Source: Octopus sinensis
Lineage: Eukaryota
Assembly: GCF_006345805.1 (NCBI RefSeq)
Contig: NC_043020.1
Coordinates: forward strand, 7,936,001 to 8,000,000
Length of the DNA stretch: 64,000 nt
Direction: 5' to 3'
Part shown: in pieces, positions 1 to 12,098 of the stretch
Numbering within the stretch: the first letter of the stretch is position 1
Layout: every line of letters starts with the position of its first letter
Position numbers and translations under genes: made by a program
The notes under the pieces: model-generated
Databases searched by the model: none
What the model saw: the letters and a program-made list of their open reading frames with translations, nothing else
Told to the model about the DNA's origin: nothing

Positions 1-1970
1 GATTAATGTTTTGCTAAAGAGGTTGGATTAAGACTAGAACAGGACAGTTGTTATTTCCCCTGTTTCCTCTAGAAGATAAAAATGAAATATTTGCAATTGA
101 TTAATGTTTTGCTAAAGAGGTTGGATTAAGACTAGAACAGGACAGTTGTTATTTCCCCTGTTTCCTCTAGAAGATAAAAATAAAATATTTGCGATTGATT
201 AATGTTTTGCTAAAGAGGTTGGATTAAGACTAGAACAGGACAATTGTTATTTCCCCTGTTTCCTCTAGAAGATAAAAATAAAATATTTGCAATTGATTAA
301 TGTTTTGCTAAAGAGGTTGGATTAAGACTAGAACAGGACAGTTGTTATTTCCCCTGTTTCCTCTAGAAGATAAAAATAAAATATTTGCAATTGATTAATG
401 TTTTGCTAAAGAGGTTGGATTAAGACTAGAACAGGACAGTTGTTATTTCCCCTGTTTCCTCTAGAAGATAAAAATAAAATATTTGCAATGATTAATGTTT
501 TGCTAAAGAGGTTGGATTAAGACTAGAACAGGACAGTTGTTATTTCCCCTGTTTCCTCTAGAAGATAAAAATAAAATATTTGCGATTGATTAATGTTTTG
601 CTAAAGAGGTTGGATTAAGACTAGAACAGGACAATTGTTATTTCCCCTGTTTCCTCTAGAAGATAAAAATAAAATATTTGCAATTGATTAATGTTTTGCT
701 AAAGAGGTTGGATTAAGACTAGAACAGGACAGTTGTTATGTCCCCTGTTTCCTCTAGAAGATAAAAATAAAATATTGCAATTGATTAATGTTTTGCTAAA
801 GAGGTTGGATTAAGACTAGAACAGGACAGTTGTTATTCCCCTGTTTCCTCTAGAAGATAAAAATAAAATATTTGCGATTGATTAATGTTTTGCTAAAGAG
901 GTTGGATTAAGACTAGAACAGGACAGTTGTTATTTCCCCTGTTTCCTCTAGAAGATAAAAATTAAATATTTGCGATTGATTAATGTTTTGCTAAAGAGGT
1001 TGGATTAAGACTAGAACAGGACAGTTGTTATTCCCCTGTTTCCTCTAGAAGATAAAAATTAAATATTTGCGATTGATTAATGTTTTGCTAAAGAGGTTGG
1101 ATTAAGACTAGAACAGGACAGTTGTTATTCCCCTGTTTCCTCTAGAAGATAAAAATAAAATATTTGCGATTGATTAATGTTTTGCTAAAGAGGTTGGATT
1201 AAGACTAGAACAGGACAGTTGTTATGTCCCCTGTTTCCTCTAGAAGATAAAAATTAAATATTTGCGATTGATTAATGTTTTGCTAAAGAGGTTGGATTAA
1301 GACTAGAACAGGACAGTTGTTATTTCCCCTGTTTCCTCTAGAAGAAAAAAAAATTAAATATTTGCGATTGATTAATGTTTTGCTAAAGAGGTTGGATTAA
1401 GACTAGAACAGGACAGTTGTTATGTCCCCTGTTTCCTCTAGAAGATAAAAATAAAATATTTGCGATTGATTAATGTTTTGCTAAAGAGGTTGGATTAAGA
1501 CTAGAACAGGACAGTTGTTATTTCCCCTGTTTCCTCTAGAAGATAAAAATGAAATATTTGCGATTGATTAATGTTTTGCTAAAGAGGTTGGATTAAGACT
1601 AGAACAGGACAGTTGTTATTTCCCCTGTTTCCTCTAGAAGATAAAAATTAAATATTTGCGATTGATTAATGTTTTGCTAAAGAGGTTGGATTAAGACTAG
1701 AACAGGACAGTTGTTATTTCCCCTGTTTCCTCTAGAAGATAAAAATGAAATATTTGCGATTGATTAATGTTTTGCTAAAGAGGTTGGATTAAGACTAGAA
1801 CAGGACAGTTGTTATTTCCCCTGTTTCCTCTAGAAGATAAAAATTAAATATTTGCGATTGATTAATGTTTTGCTAAAGAGGTTGGATTAAGACTAGAACA
1901 GGACAGTTGTTATTTCCCCTGTTTCCTCTAGAAGATAAAAATGAAATATTTGCGATTGATTAATGTTTTG
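1..1970. repeat. Tandem satellite, 98-bp unit, about 20 copies, probably continuing upstream of the window
   Basis: GATTAATGTTTTGCTAAAGAGG...GAAATATTTGC(A/G)ATT restarts at 1, 99 and so on; units differ only by a few substitutions and 1-bp indels. Confidence 0.97.
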
Positions 1971-2189
1971 TTTAGGGTTTTTTTTTTAATTTTACTGATG
2001 GCTTTTTTTTTTTACTGTTCATATATTAAATGTAGACCAGTTGTACAGCAAGCTCATGGATTCTAGATTTATTCAGAGGTAGTGGCCACTATAGAGACAA
2101 GTAGCATGGTAGCTGATGTTTTAGTATTCTTACAAGGAGCTGCATAAAAGTTCTTGGTCTTGGGTATAAGAAAATACAGGAGGATAAGT

Positions 2190-2484
2190 TTGGTGGCATG
2201 TAAAAAGCACCATTTGAGCATGGTTGTTGCCAGTGCCACCTGACTAGCTCCCATGCTGGTGGCACGTAAAAAGCACCATTCAAGCCTGGTCGATGCCAGT
2301 ACGACCTGATTGGCCTTTGTGCCAGTGGCATGTAAAAAGCACCCACTACACTCTTGGAGTGGTTGGCATTAGGAAACCTTGCCAGATCAGATGGAACCTG
2401 GTGCAGCCTTCTGGCTTGCCAGTCCTCAGTCAAAGCCTCCAACCCATGCCAGCATGGAAAGCAGACGTTAAATGATGATGATGA
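2190..2484 (+). mobile_element. Family C repeat (RTE-type LINE 3' UTR, 5'-truncated)
   Basis: GGTGGCA(C/T)GTAAAAAGCACC modules, then GAGTGGTTGGCATTAGGAA...GACGTTAAATGATGATGATG tail; many dispersed copies in the window. Confidence 0.8.
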
Positions 2485-3131
2485 TATTCTCCTCTCAGAT
2501 TCACACACTTATTGCAGCAGTCCTTCAGTTTTTCTAAGCCTTGTAAAAGAACTTGGAAGGTTGGGCCTGCTACCAGGCCCTTCGTGAGACCCTTAAAGCC
2601 AGGGACTTTTTAGCACCTCCTCATGTAATTGGTGGAGCAATTATTAATTTCTTTCTTTATTTATTTACTTATTTTACTGCTCCATAACCTTCCACCAATA
2701 ACCACTGGACTGCGAATCAGGGAAGAGCAACTTTCATGTTATGAATACATATTAATCTTAATATGTTAATGGGGCTGGTCCTTATTAGGGTTCAAGTTTA
2801 AACATGATGTAAGACAGAGTACTTCCCTTTCTCTGCTGGAGTAGGGGAGGGACCTTTATCTTGGGCAACATATGTTGGACCAGATGTTGACTGTTTGAGA
2901 AGCAAAAGTCTGATGGATGGGTACATGAAGATAAATGGAAGGTAAAGTTTAGGGCACTTGAACAACAGGTTGAGGGTACCCCAGCAAATATAGGATAAAT
3001 ATGCATGGTGGTGCTAAAATGAGGAAACATAGCATGAATCGAGGGATAGAGAGACAGTACCTAGTAAGAGAATGGTACTGTGGTTAGTGTTTTTGTCTTT
3101 GTCTGTCTCTTTCTCCTTTTTATTATTATCA

Positions 3132-3365
3132 TTAAGGTGGCAGAATCATTAGCACAAAGGATGAAACGCTTAGCAGTATTTCACTCATTGCCACATTCTG
3201 AGTTCCAATTCTTCAACGTCGACTTGGCTTTTCATCCTTTCAGGGTCATTAAATTAAGTGCCAGTGAAACACTGAGGTCGATGTAATTAACTAGTCCCCT
3301 CCCCACAAATTTCAGGCCTTGTCCCTATAGTAGAAAGGATTATTATTATTATTATTATTATTATT
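3132..3365 (+). mobile_element. tRNA-derived SINE, family B, with (ATT)n tail
   Basis: B-box-like GAGTTCCAATT, core GACTTGGCTTTTCATCCTTTCAGGGTCATTAAATTAAGTGCCAG, tail GGCCTTGTCCCTATAGTAGAAAGGATTATT. Confidence 0.85.
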
Positions 3366-3742
3366 ATGCAGGTGGCACGTAAAAAGCACCCACTACACTT
3401 GCGGAGTGGTTGGCGTTAGGAAGGGCATCCAGCTGTAGAAACTCTGCCAGATCAGACTGGAGCCTGGTGCAGCCCCTGGCCTCCCAGACCCCGGTCGAAC
3501 CGTCCAACCTGTGCTAGCACGGAAAACGGACGTTAAACGATGATGATGATGATTATTATTATTATTATTACTATTACTATTATTATTATTATTATTATTA
3601 TGCAGGTGGCACGTAAAAAGCACCCACTACACTCGCGGAGTGGTTGGCATTAGGAAGGGCATCCAGCTGTACCAGACCCCGGTCGAACCGTCCAACCCGT
3701 GCTAGCACGGAAAACGGACATTAAACGATGATGATGATGATG

Positions 3743-3783
<41 letters not shown>

Positions 3784-4378
3784 GCCGGTGGCACGTAAAA
3801 AGCACCCACTACACTCGCGGAGTGGTTGGCATTAGGAAGGGCATCCAGCTGTAGAAACTCTGCCAGATCAGACTGGAGCCTGGTGCAGCCCCTGGCTTCC
3901 CAGACCCCGGTCGAACCGTCCAACCCGTGCTAGCACGGAAAACGGACGTTAAACGATGATGATGATGATTATTATATTATTATTATATATTATTATTATT
4001 TATTATTATTATTATATTATGCAGGTGGCACGTAAAAAGCACCCACTACACTCGCGGAGTGGTTGGCATTAGGAAGGGCATCCAGCTGTACCAGACCCCG
4101 GTCGAACCGTCCAACCCGTGCTAGCACGGAAAACGGACATTAAACGATGATGATGATGATGATTATTATTATATATTATTATTATTATTATTATGCAGGT
4201 GGCACGTAAAAAGCACCCACTACACTCGCGGAGTGGTTGGCATTAGGAAGGGCATCCAGCTGTAGAAACTCTGCCAGATCAGACTGGAGCCTGGTGCAGC
4301 CCCTGGCTTCCCAGACCCCGGTCGAACCGTCCAACCCGTGCTAGCACGGAAAACGGACGTTAAACGATGATGATGATG

Positions 4379-4431
<53 letters not shown>

Positions 4432-4572
4432 GCAGGTGGCACGTAAAAAGCACCCACTACACTCGCGGAGTGGTTGGCATTAGGAAGGGCATCCAGCTGT
4501 ACCAGACCCCGGTCGAACCGTCCAACCCGTGCTAGCACGGAAAACGGACATTAAACGATGATGATGATGATG

Positions 4573-4607
<35 letters not shown>

Positions 4608-4985
4608 GCAGGTGGCACGTAAAAAGCACCCACTACACTCGCGGAGTGGTTGGCATTAGGAAGGGCATCCAGCTGTAGAAACTCTGCCAGATCAGACTGG
4701 AGCCTGGTGCAGCCCCTGGCTTCCCAGACCCCGGTCGAACCGTCCAACCCGTGCTAGCACGGAAAACGGACGTTAAACGATGATGATGATGATGATTATT
4801 ATTATTATTATTATTATTACTATTATTATTATTATTATTATTATGCAGGTGGCACGTAAAAAGCACCCACTACACTCGCGGAGTGGTTGGCATTAGGAAG
4901 GGCATCCAGCTGTACCAGACCCCGGTCGAACCGTCCAACCCGTGCTAGCACGGAAAACGGACATTAAACGATGATGATGATGATG

Positions 4986-5020
<35 letters not shown>

Positions 5021-5207
5021 GCAGGTGGCACGTAAAAAGCACCCACTACACTCGCGGAGTGGTTGGCATTAGGAAGGGCATCCAGCTGTAGAAACTCTGC
5101 CAGATCAGACTGGAGCCTGGTGCAGCCCCTGGCTTCCCAGACCCCGGTCGAACCGTCCAACCCATCCTAGCACGGAAAACGGACGTCGTTAAACGATGAT
5201 GATGATG

Positions 5208-5246
<39 letters not shown>

Positions 5247-5247
5247 T
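3366..5247 (+). repeat. Higher-order tandem array of family C 3' ends (long/short alternating, 9 units, dimer period about 413 bp) with (GAT)n(TAT)n spacers
   Basis: Units start at 3366, 3600, 3782, 4019, 4193, 4430, 4606, 4843 and 5019; every second unit lacks the same 46 nt. Confidence 0.95.
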
Positions 5248-5257
5248 ACATCTTTCT

Positions 5258-5430
5258 TCATTCTGAATTCAAATCTTGTTGAGGTGCACTTTACCTTTCA
5301 TCCTTTGAAGGTCAGTAAGATAAAGTATCAGTCAAGTACCAGGGAGTCAAATTAACTGACTAACCCCCCCCTCACCCCTCAAAATTGCTGGCCTTGTTCC
5401 TAAATTAGAACCAATTATTATTATTATTAC
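5258..5430 (+). mobile_element. SINE family B, 5'-truncated and diverged
   Basis: CTGAATTCAAATC...CTTTACCTTTCATCCTTTGAAGGTC...GGCCTTGTTCCTAAATTAGAACCAATTATT. Confidence 0.7.
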
Positions 5431-5754
5431 TGTCATCATCGTCATCAATAAATCGACTAGTTTTACTCTATCTTTTTTTATCTTTTATTGTGGAGGGGGG
5501 GGGGGGGTGAAGGTGGACAAGAAAGATGTTCTTTCTGTTTCCTTTCTCCAAACCCTAATTCCAAGACGTTATTTAATTCCTGCTAATTAATCTCACTTAA
5601 TTTGTGTAATCTTCTATTGTAGTATTTGTTCTTATCAAATTTAATTTCCGCTCTCTTCAGCTCCATTTCATTTTTTACTTGTCTTCAGAAAATATTTTTA
5701 TCAAAAAAAAAAGAGAGAAAAAAACAAAAAAAAGCAAATCAAATTATTGCCCTA

Positions 5755-6200
5755 CTTACTATCATTATCATCATCATCACCATCAATAGCACTTGTCATC
5801 ATCGTTATCACCACCAGCATTGTTATTATGATGATGATGATGATGATGATGGCATTGTCATAATCAAATTCATCATTCGCATCAACTCCATCATTTTCAT
5901 CATCATCATCAGTATCATTGTTGTCATCATCATTGTCATTATTGTCATTACGATTGTCATCATTATTATCGCCATGATCACTAGTATTATCTTTATCATT
6001 ACTATCATCACTCACCATTAGTATTACCGTCATATTTTTCGTCATCATCATTATTGTCATTATTACCATCATGATCATCATCAGTAGTGGTCGTCATGGT
6101 AATGCCAGTGTTGGTATTATTGATGCTGTAGCTATTTCCAATGTAAAGACCAGTAGATAATCAAAAAGTAGTAGTAGTAGTCTCAGTAGTAGTAGTAACA
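5755..6200. repeat. Degenerate (ATC/CAT)n then (AGT)n trinucleotide microsatellite
   Basis: Directly visible; source of the I/D/M-rich ORFs. Confidence 0.9.
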
Positions 6201-6454
6201 GAAACGGGACCACACTGGAATAAATAAACCTTTGCCAGAAGGTGTTTTTGCTTGTTTTATTTTTGTTAGTCTAGAATCTGAGTTCAAATCTTGCTAGGGT
6301 TACCTTTGTATATCATCTCATCCAATGAAATGAAATAAATACCAGCTATATGCTGGGATTTAATCAATCAAATTGGCTTCATGCTCTACCACTTTTGCAG
6401 ATCTGTGATCCTGTAACAAATATGAGAAGTTCTTGTTATTAATATTGGTTTCAA

Positions 6455-6655
6455 GTTTTGGCACAAGGCCAGCAATTTGGAGGAGGCAGTAAATCAATGA
6501 CATCAACCCCTGTGCTCAACTGATATTTATTTTATCAACCTAGAAAGAATGAAAAACAAAGTTGACTTCAGTGGAATTTGAACTCAGAATGCAAAGGCGG
6601 ACAAATTGCTGCTTAGCATTTTGCCCAGTGTACAAACAATGCTGCCAGCTTTCCA
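6455..6655 (-). mobile_element. SINE family B, reverse orientation
   Basis: Reverse complement of head and core (GAAAAACAAAGTTGAC...GGAATTTGAACTCAGAA...GCTGCCAGCT). Confidence 0.75.
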
Positions 6656-6689
6656 CCTTATTCTTGTTATCAACATAGTGAGATAGGGC

Positions 6690-7092
6690 AATGAGCTAGC
6701 GGAATCGTTAGCACGCCGACTGAAATGCTGAGCGGTATTTTGTCTGCCGCTACGTTCTGAGTTCAAATTCTGCTGAGGTCGACTTTGCCTTTCATCCTTT
6801 CGGGGTCAATTAAATAAGTACCAGTTACGCACTGGGGTCGATATAATCAACTTAATCCATTTGTCTGTCCTTGTTTGTCCTCTCTGTGTTTAGCCCCTTG
6901 TGGGTAGTAAAGAAATAGGTATATTGCCTGCCGTTACGTTCTGAGTTCAAACTCTGCCGAGGTTGACTTTGCCTTTCATCCTGTTGGGGGTCAATTAAAT
7001 AAGTACCAGTTAAGCACTGGGGTTGGTGTAATCGATTTAAATCCTTTGTTTGTCCCCTCTATGTTTAGCCCCCTGTGGGCAATAAAGAAATA
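6690..7092 (+). mobile_element. Two SINE family B copies (one full-length, one 5'-truncated) with the alternative TAGCCCC..GTGGG..AATAAAGAAA tail
   Basis: Head GAGCTAGCGGAATCGTTAGCACGCC, B box GAGTTCAAATTC, core GACTTTGCCTTTCATCCTTTCGGGGTC; tails end at about 6917 and 7092. Confidence 0.85.
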
Positions 7093-7104
7093 AATATAGT
7101 GAGA

Positions 7105-7335
7105 TAGAAAGCAGTGAGCTAGCAAAATCATTAATACATTGGACAAAATGCCTTGTGCCATTTCTTCCAGCTTTACATTGAGTTCAAATTCTGCTGAGGT
7201 CAGCTTTGGCTTTCATTCTTTTGAAGATCAATAAAATTAGTATCAGTCGAACACTTGTGTCGATATAGTTAACCAGTCTCTTGCCCTAAAATTTCTGACC
7301 CTTGCCTATAGTAGAAAGAATTATTATTATTATTA
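7105..7335 (+). mobile_element. SINE family B, (ATT)n tail, diverged
   Basis: Same head, core and tail motifs as 3132-3365. Confidence 0.75.
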
Positions 7336-7374
7336 TTGTGGGATTAAGTTATGTCTCTTTACATTCTGAAGCAC

Positions 7375-7590
7375 AGGTGCCATTTGCGTGACACTGGGCT
7401 GCTTTTACATGCCACTGGCACGGGTGCCAATTTGCATGACACCAGCACAGGTGCCATTTGTGTGACATCGGTATCTGCCATGACTGCGATTTTGCTCAGC
7501 TTGATGGGTCTTCTTCTCAAGCACAACATAATGCCAAAAGTCTCAGTCATTGCTTCCGTGAAGCCCAACACTCGAAAGGAACTCGGCCCC
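7375..7590 (-). mobile_element. RTE-clade LINE ORF C-terminus remnant joined to family C modules
   Basis: Minus strand reads RVLGFTEAMT, then after a frameshift FWHYVVLEKKTHQAE, resembling the RTE C-terminal L...M..DR..W...V pattern; it is followed by GCACCTGTGCTGGTG / GTGGCATGTAAAAGCA modules. Confidence 0.55.
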
Positions 7591-7594
7591 TATT

Positions 7595-7825
7595 AGTGAA
7601 GGTGGTGAGCTGGCAGAATCATTAGCATGCCAGGCAAAATGCCTCGCCACATTTCGTCCGTCTTTATGAGTTCAAATACCACCAAGGTTGACATTGCTTT
7701 TCATCTTTTCAGGATCGATAAATTAAGTACCAGTGAAACACTGGGGTCAATGTAATTAATTATTCGCCTCCCCAAAATTGCAGGCCTTGTGCCTATAGTA
7801 GAAAGGATTATTATTATTGTTGTTG
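7595..7825 (+). mobile_element. SINE family B, (ATT)n tail
   Basis: AAGGTGGTGAGCTGGCAGAATCATTAGCATGCC...CAGGCCTTGTGCCTATAGTAGAAAGGATTATT. Confidence 0.85.
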
Positions 7826-8867
7826 TTGAGTTTCTAATTTAGGCACAAGGCCAGCAATAATGGGGGGGGGGAGCAGATAGATGCCATTGACCCTACTACT
7901 TGACTATATTTAATTTTTTATCTTTTCCAAAAAGATAAAAAGAAAAGTTGACTTAACTTTCTAATTTAAATACAAAACCAGCTGCTTTGAGGGGAGGGAT
8001 TAGTTGAGATCATTGTATATGCATGTTGTGCATGTACGGGTCTGTTGCTTAATCCTGTGTCAATACTGACTGGGCTTTGCTTTGTCAACCCTCGAATGGG
8101 GAAAGGCAAAGTTGTCTCTGACAGGATTTAAACCCAGACACTCTAATTACTCCGCCCTTTCTGCTTGTCTACCACCCTTATAATTTCACTTGTGATGCAA
8201 TTAGCTAGCTGTAGGGGATGAGGCTCAATGATCAAAAGTGACAAGAAGAGGGACGGTTAAGGTGGGGGAAGGATTGCTGTAGAGAAATATTTATGCATGT
8301 AACAAGAGGAGTTTAACCCCAGGTCAGTTTTGATTGTACAGATTTATGATCAATAGCACCTCATCTATGATCATCTCGTCTTTCCTTTATATTTCTAGGG
8401 CCAAATAATGCAATGTATCTTTCGTTTTATGAAACGATATGCTGTAAGTCGAGGGAGGTTTGACTGCTATTTTTAGCAGATCAAATGCCGGTGTAAATGC
8501 AACCTTGGAGACTGGGTAGATTAGTCAATGAAAGAAAGTGGGGGGAGAGAGATGATACAATTTGGTGAACAGTAAATAGGGTAGTAAGAAACTCTAGGGG
8601 TGGGTGATGAATAGCACGAGATTTTCATAGAAGCCACTATCCCACCCTTGTGCAAGTGTTTTGGCCCTTAACTCCCTTCACTCAAAGAGGGCCGGGAGGA
8701 TTCCTGGATACCCCACTGATGCCATATTTTCTGCTCTGACTGTTCTGCTTTCTGCAGGTTCTCTAGTGGTTTAGGTACCCCAAAGTCAAAGTACCTTGGA
8801 TGTCATAACCACTTCTGTCTAAGACACTGAATATATATATAGAGCTAGTTATGTTCTACACATTTTG

Positions 8868-9148
8868 TATTGTGGCTGTTGCCAGCCTCGTCTGGCCCCC
8901 GTGCCGGTGGCACATAAAAAGCGCCATCCGATCGTGGCCGTTTGCCAGCCTCGTCTGGCACCTGTGCAGGTGGCACGTAAAAAGCACCCACTACACTCAC
9001 GGAGTGGTTGGCGTTAGGAAGGGCATCCAGCTGTAGAAACACTGCCAGATCAGACTGGGCCTGGCGCAGCCTACTGGCTCCCCAACCCCAGTTGAACCGT
9101 CCAACCCATGCCAGCATGGAAAACGGACGTTAAACGATGATGATGATA
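8868..9148 (+). mobile_element. Family C repeat
   Basis: GCCAGCCTCGTCTGGC modules, GTTAGGAAGGGCATCCAGCTGTAGAAAC, (GAT)n tail. Confidence 0.85.
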
Positions 9149-9556
9149 TTGATTTACTTGATGATAAAATGTAACGGAAGTTAAATGATCAGACATCTTC
9201 TTTGTGTGTGTTATCTATCTGAAGTTTCAAAAGGTGTGTCTGTATATGTGAGTGTGTCTGGTATGTATGTTGTGCATATGTGTCTGTTGTTTAATCCTGT
9301 GTCAGTACTGACTAGGATGTACTAATCTTGTTTTTTTTTGTTTTTTCATTTATTTTTTGTACATACTGTTTACCTAGGACCCCAGTTTGCAATGTTGTGC
9401 TTTTAGCTATAAGATATTAAGGTGTGATTTGAGAAAGATTTGGCTACTATTTCTAGCAAATTGAGTGTCTATATAAAGTCTCCTTTGTGTTCATTTGAGG
9501 TATTTATTGTGTGTTCAGATTGATTTTTTGATGTATGTGTGTGTACATTTGATTAA

Positions 9557-9559
<3 letters not shown>

Positions 9560-9595
<36 letters not shown>

Positions 9596-9632
9596 ATATA
9601 TATATATATAATATATTATATATATATATATA

Positions 9633-9710
<78 letters not shown>

Positions 9711-9717
9711 ATATATT

Positions 9718-9777
<60 letters not shown>

Positions 9778-9835
9778 ATATAATATATATTATATATATA
9801 TATATATAATTTATATATATATATCTATATATTTA

Positions 9836-9872
<37 letters not shown>

Positions 9873-10016
9873 ATATATATATATATTTATATATATATAA
9901 TATATATTTATATATATATATATAATATATATATTTATATATATATTATATATTTATATATATATATAATATATTATAATTTATATATATATATATATAT
10001 AATATATTTATATATA

Positions 10017-10059
<43 letters not shown>

Positions 10060-10075
10060 ATATCTATATATTATA

Positions 10076-10109
<34 letters not shown>

Positions 10110-10185
10110 ATATATTATATTATATATATATATATATGATATATATATATATTATATATATATATATTTATATATATATATTATT

Positions 10186-10238
<53 letters not shown>

Positions 10239-10260
10239 TATATATAATATATTTATATAT

Positions 10261-10315
<55 letters not shown>

Positions 10316-10322
10316 TTATATA
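9560..10322. repeat. (GT)n followed by about 730 bp of degenerate (TA)n
   Basis: Directly visible. Confidence 0.97.
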
Positions 10323-10329
10323 TGCACAG

Positions 10330-10660
10330 CACATTGGGCAAGTGTCTTTTACTATAGCTTTGGGCTGACCAAACAAAGCCTTGTGAGTGAATTTGATTTG
10401 GTAGACGGAAACTCAAAGAAGCCCATCATGTGTGTATATATATATACATACGTGTGTGTGTCTGTTTGTCCCCCTACCATTGCTTGACAACCGATGTTGG
10501 TGTGTTTATGTCCCTGTAACTTAGCGGTTTGGCAAACGAGACAAGAGAATAAGTACTATGCTTACAAAGAATGAGTCCTGGGGTCAAATTGTTCGACTAA
10601 AGACAGTGTGCCAGTATGGCCGCAGTCAAATGACTGAAACAAGTAAAAGAATAAAAAAAT
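10330..10660 (+). mobile_element. tRNA-derived SINE, family A (CORE-like TTGGGCAAGTGTCTT; internal (TA/TG)n; AAGTAAAAGA tail), 5'-truncated
   Basis: Matches full-length copies such as 32165-32590. Confidence 0.85.
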
Positions 10661-10917
10661 AAATGTCTTGACTGTATTTTCTTGTGTATTTGAAAGAGGC
10701 TTATCTTTCTGTGTGTGTGTCTATAGATGTGTGTCTCTAAAGTGAGAAACAGCTTGTGTTTATGTAACGTAGAAATGTATAATGTGTTAACATCTGTAAT
10801 CATTGTGAAAAAAGCACTTATACAAACACACACTCCCATATATAAATTCTGCTCATACCTAAACACTACTTAGTGCCTATGCTCCGTTAATATATATATA
10901 TATATATATATACACAT

Positions 10918-11186
10918 ATGTGCCAGTGGCATGTGTAAAAAGATTCGAGCGAGGTCACTGCCAGTACTGCCTGACTGGCCCTCGTGCCGGTGGCGCATAA
11001 AAAGCACCCACTACACTCTTGGAGTGGTTGGCGTTAGGAAGGGCATCCAGCTGTAGAAACTCTGCCAGATCAAGATTGGGGCCTGGTGCAGCTATCTGGT
11101 TCACCAGCCCTTAGTCAAAATCATCCAACCCATGCTAGCATGGAAAGCAGATGTTAAACGATGATGATGATGATGATGATGATGAT
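10918..11186 (+). mobile_element. Family C repeat
   Basis: Same modules and (GAT)n tail. Confidence 0.85.
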
Positions 11187-11515
11187 ATACATATATCACA
11201 GCATATATGTACACTGCAACATAATTTCTTTTCCTCAACAGGCCCTGCCCTATTTAACATTGTCCCGAAAGAGATCAAAGAGGAAAAGGATCCCATCAAC
11301 TTTAAACGGAGTCTGGATAGATTCCTTCAAGGAATACCAGATAAGCCACCCATAATTGGATACAACTCACCCAACAAAAACTCACTACTTGAATGGACCC
11401 CAAACAAAACTTGACTTAAACAGGATTTAGATAATCATATCAGGTGGTGCTATTAAGTTAGACATGGCCTGGATCAATCTTTGGTTGAAACATATCTAAG
11501 TTTATCTAAGTTTAC
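11187..11515 (+). mobile_element. CR1/L2/Jockey-group LINE 3' end (ORF2 C-terminus, UTR and (ATCTAAGTTT)n tail)
   Basis: NFFSSTGPALFNIVPKEIKEEKDPINFKRSLDRFLQGIPDKP...NSLLEW fits the F...GP.LFN.LP....FK..LD C-terminal pattern of these LINEs; short tandem tail at 11493-11512. Confidence 0.8.
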
Positions 11516-11553
11516 ATATATATATCTACATATATATATATGTGTGTGTGTGT

Positions 11554-11595
<42 letters not shown>

Positions 11596-11666
11596 CACAC
11601 ATACACGTATATACACACACACACACATATATATACATGTATATACACACACACATATATATCATG

Positions 11667-11863
11667 CAGTTGTCGAGTGGTACCCGCGCGAGCGGAAAAG
11701 TCCACCCGGAAGACCTCCACGATGGTGGAGTTACGATTTCAGGAGGACGATTGGGATCACGTGGATGAGAAAGGCATGATCCAGAGAGGAGTGGACAGCG
11801 TGCTGTGACCAGCGGTATCAAATGGACGCCTGACAGACTGGTCGGTCAAGGTGATCAAGGTGA
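11667..11863 (+). mobile_element. RTE-clade LINE 3' end
   Basis: [41 protein letters not shown], the typical RTE W.PR..R..GRP..RW....W...A.DR..W motif; (GGTGATCAA)n-like tail; same family as 39077-39395. Confidence 0.88.
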
Positions 11864-11870
11864 TATATAT

Positions 11871-11903
<33 letters not shown>

Positions 11904-11962
11904 CACATATATATATATATACACACACACAGAGATATATATATATATACACACACATTATA

Positions 11963-12006
<44 letters not shown>

Positions 12007-12067
12007 TATACATATATGTTTGTATTTATTTATTTATTTATTTATTTATTTATATATATAGATAGAT

Positions 12068-12098
<31 letters not shown>

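Noticed and set aside
3366-5247. Repeat-spacer layout resembling a CRISPR array
   Set aside because: Repeats are 130-180-bp retroelement sequence, spacers are microsatellite, the context is eukaryotic and there are no cas genes.
8006-8017. TGAGATCATTGT matches the 5' part of bantam miRNA
   Set aside because: Only 12 nt match, there is no hairpin, and it adjoins a decayed SINE.
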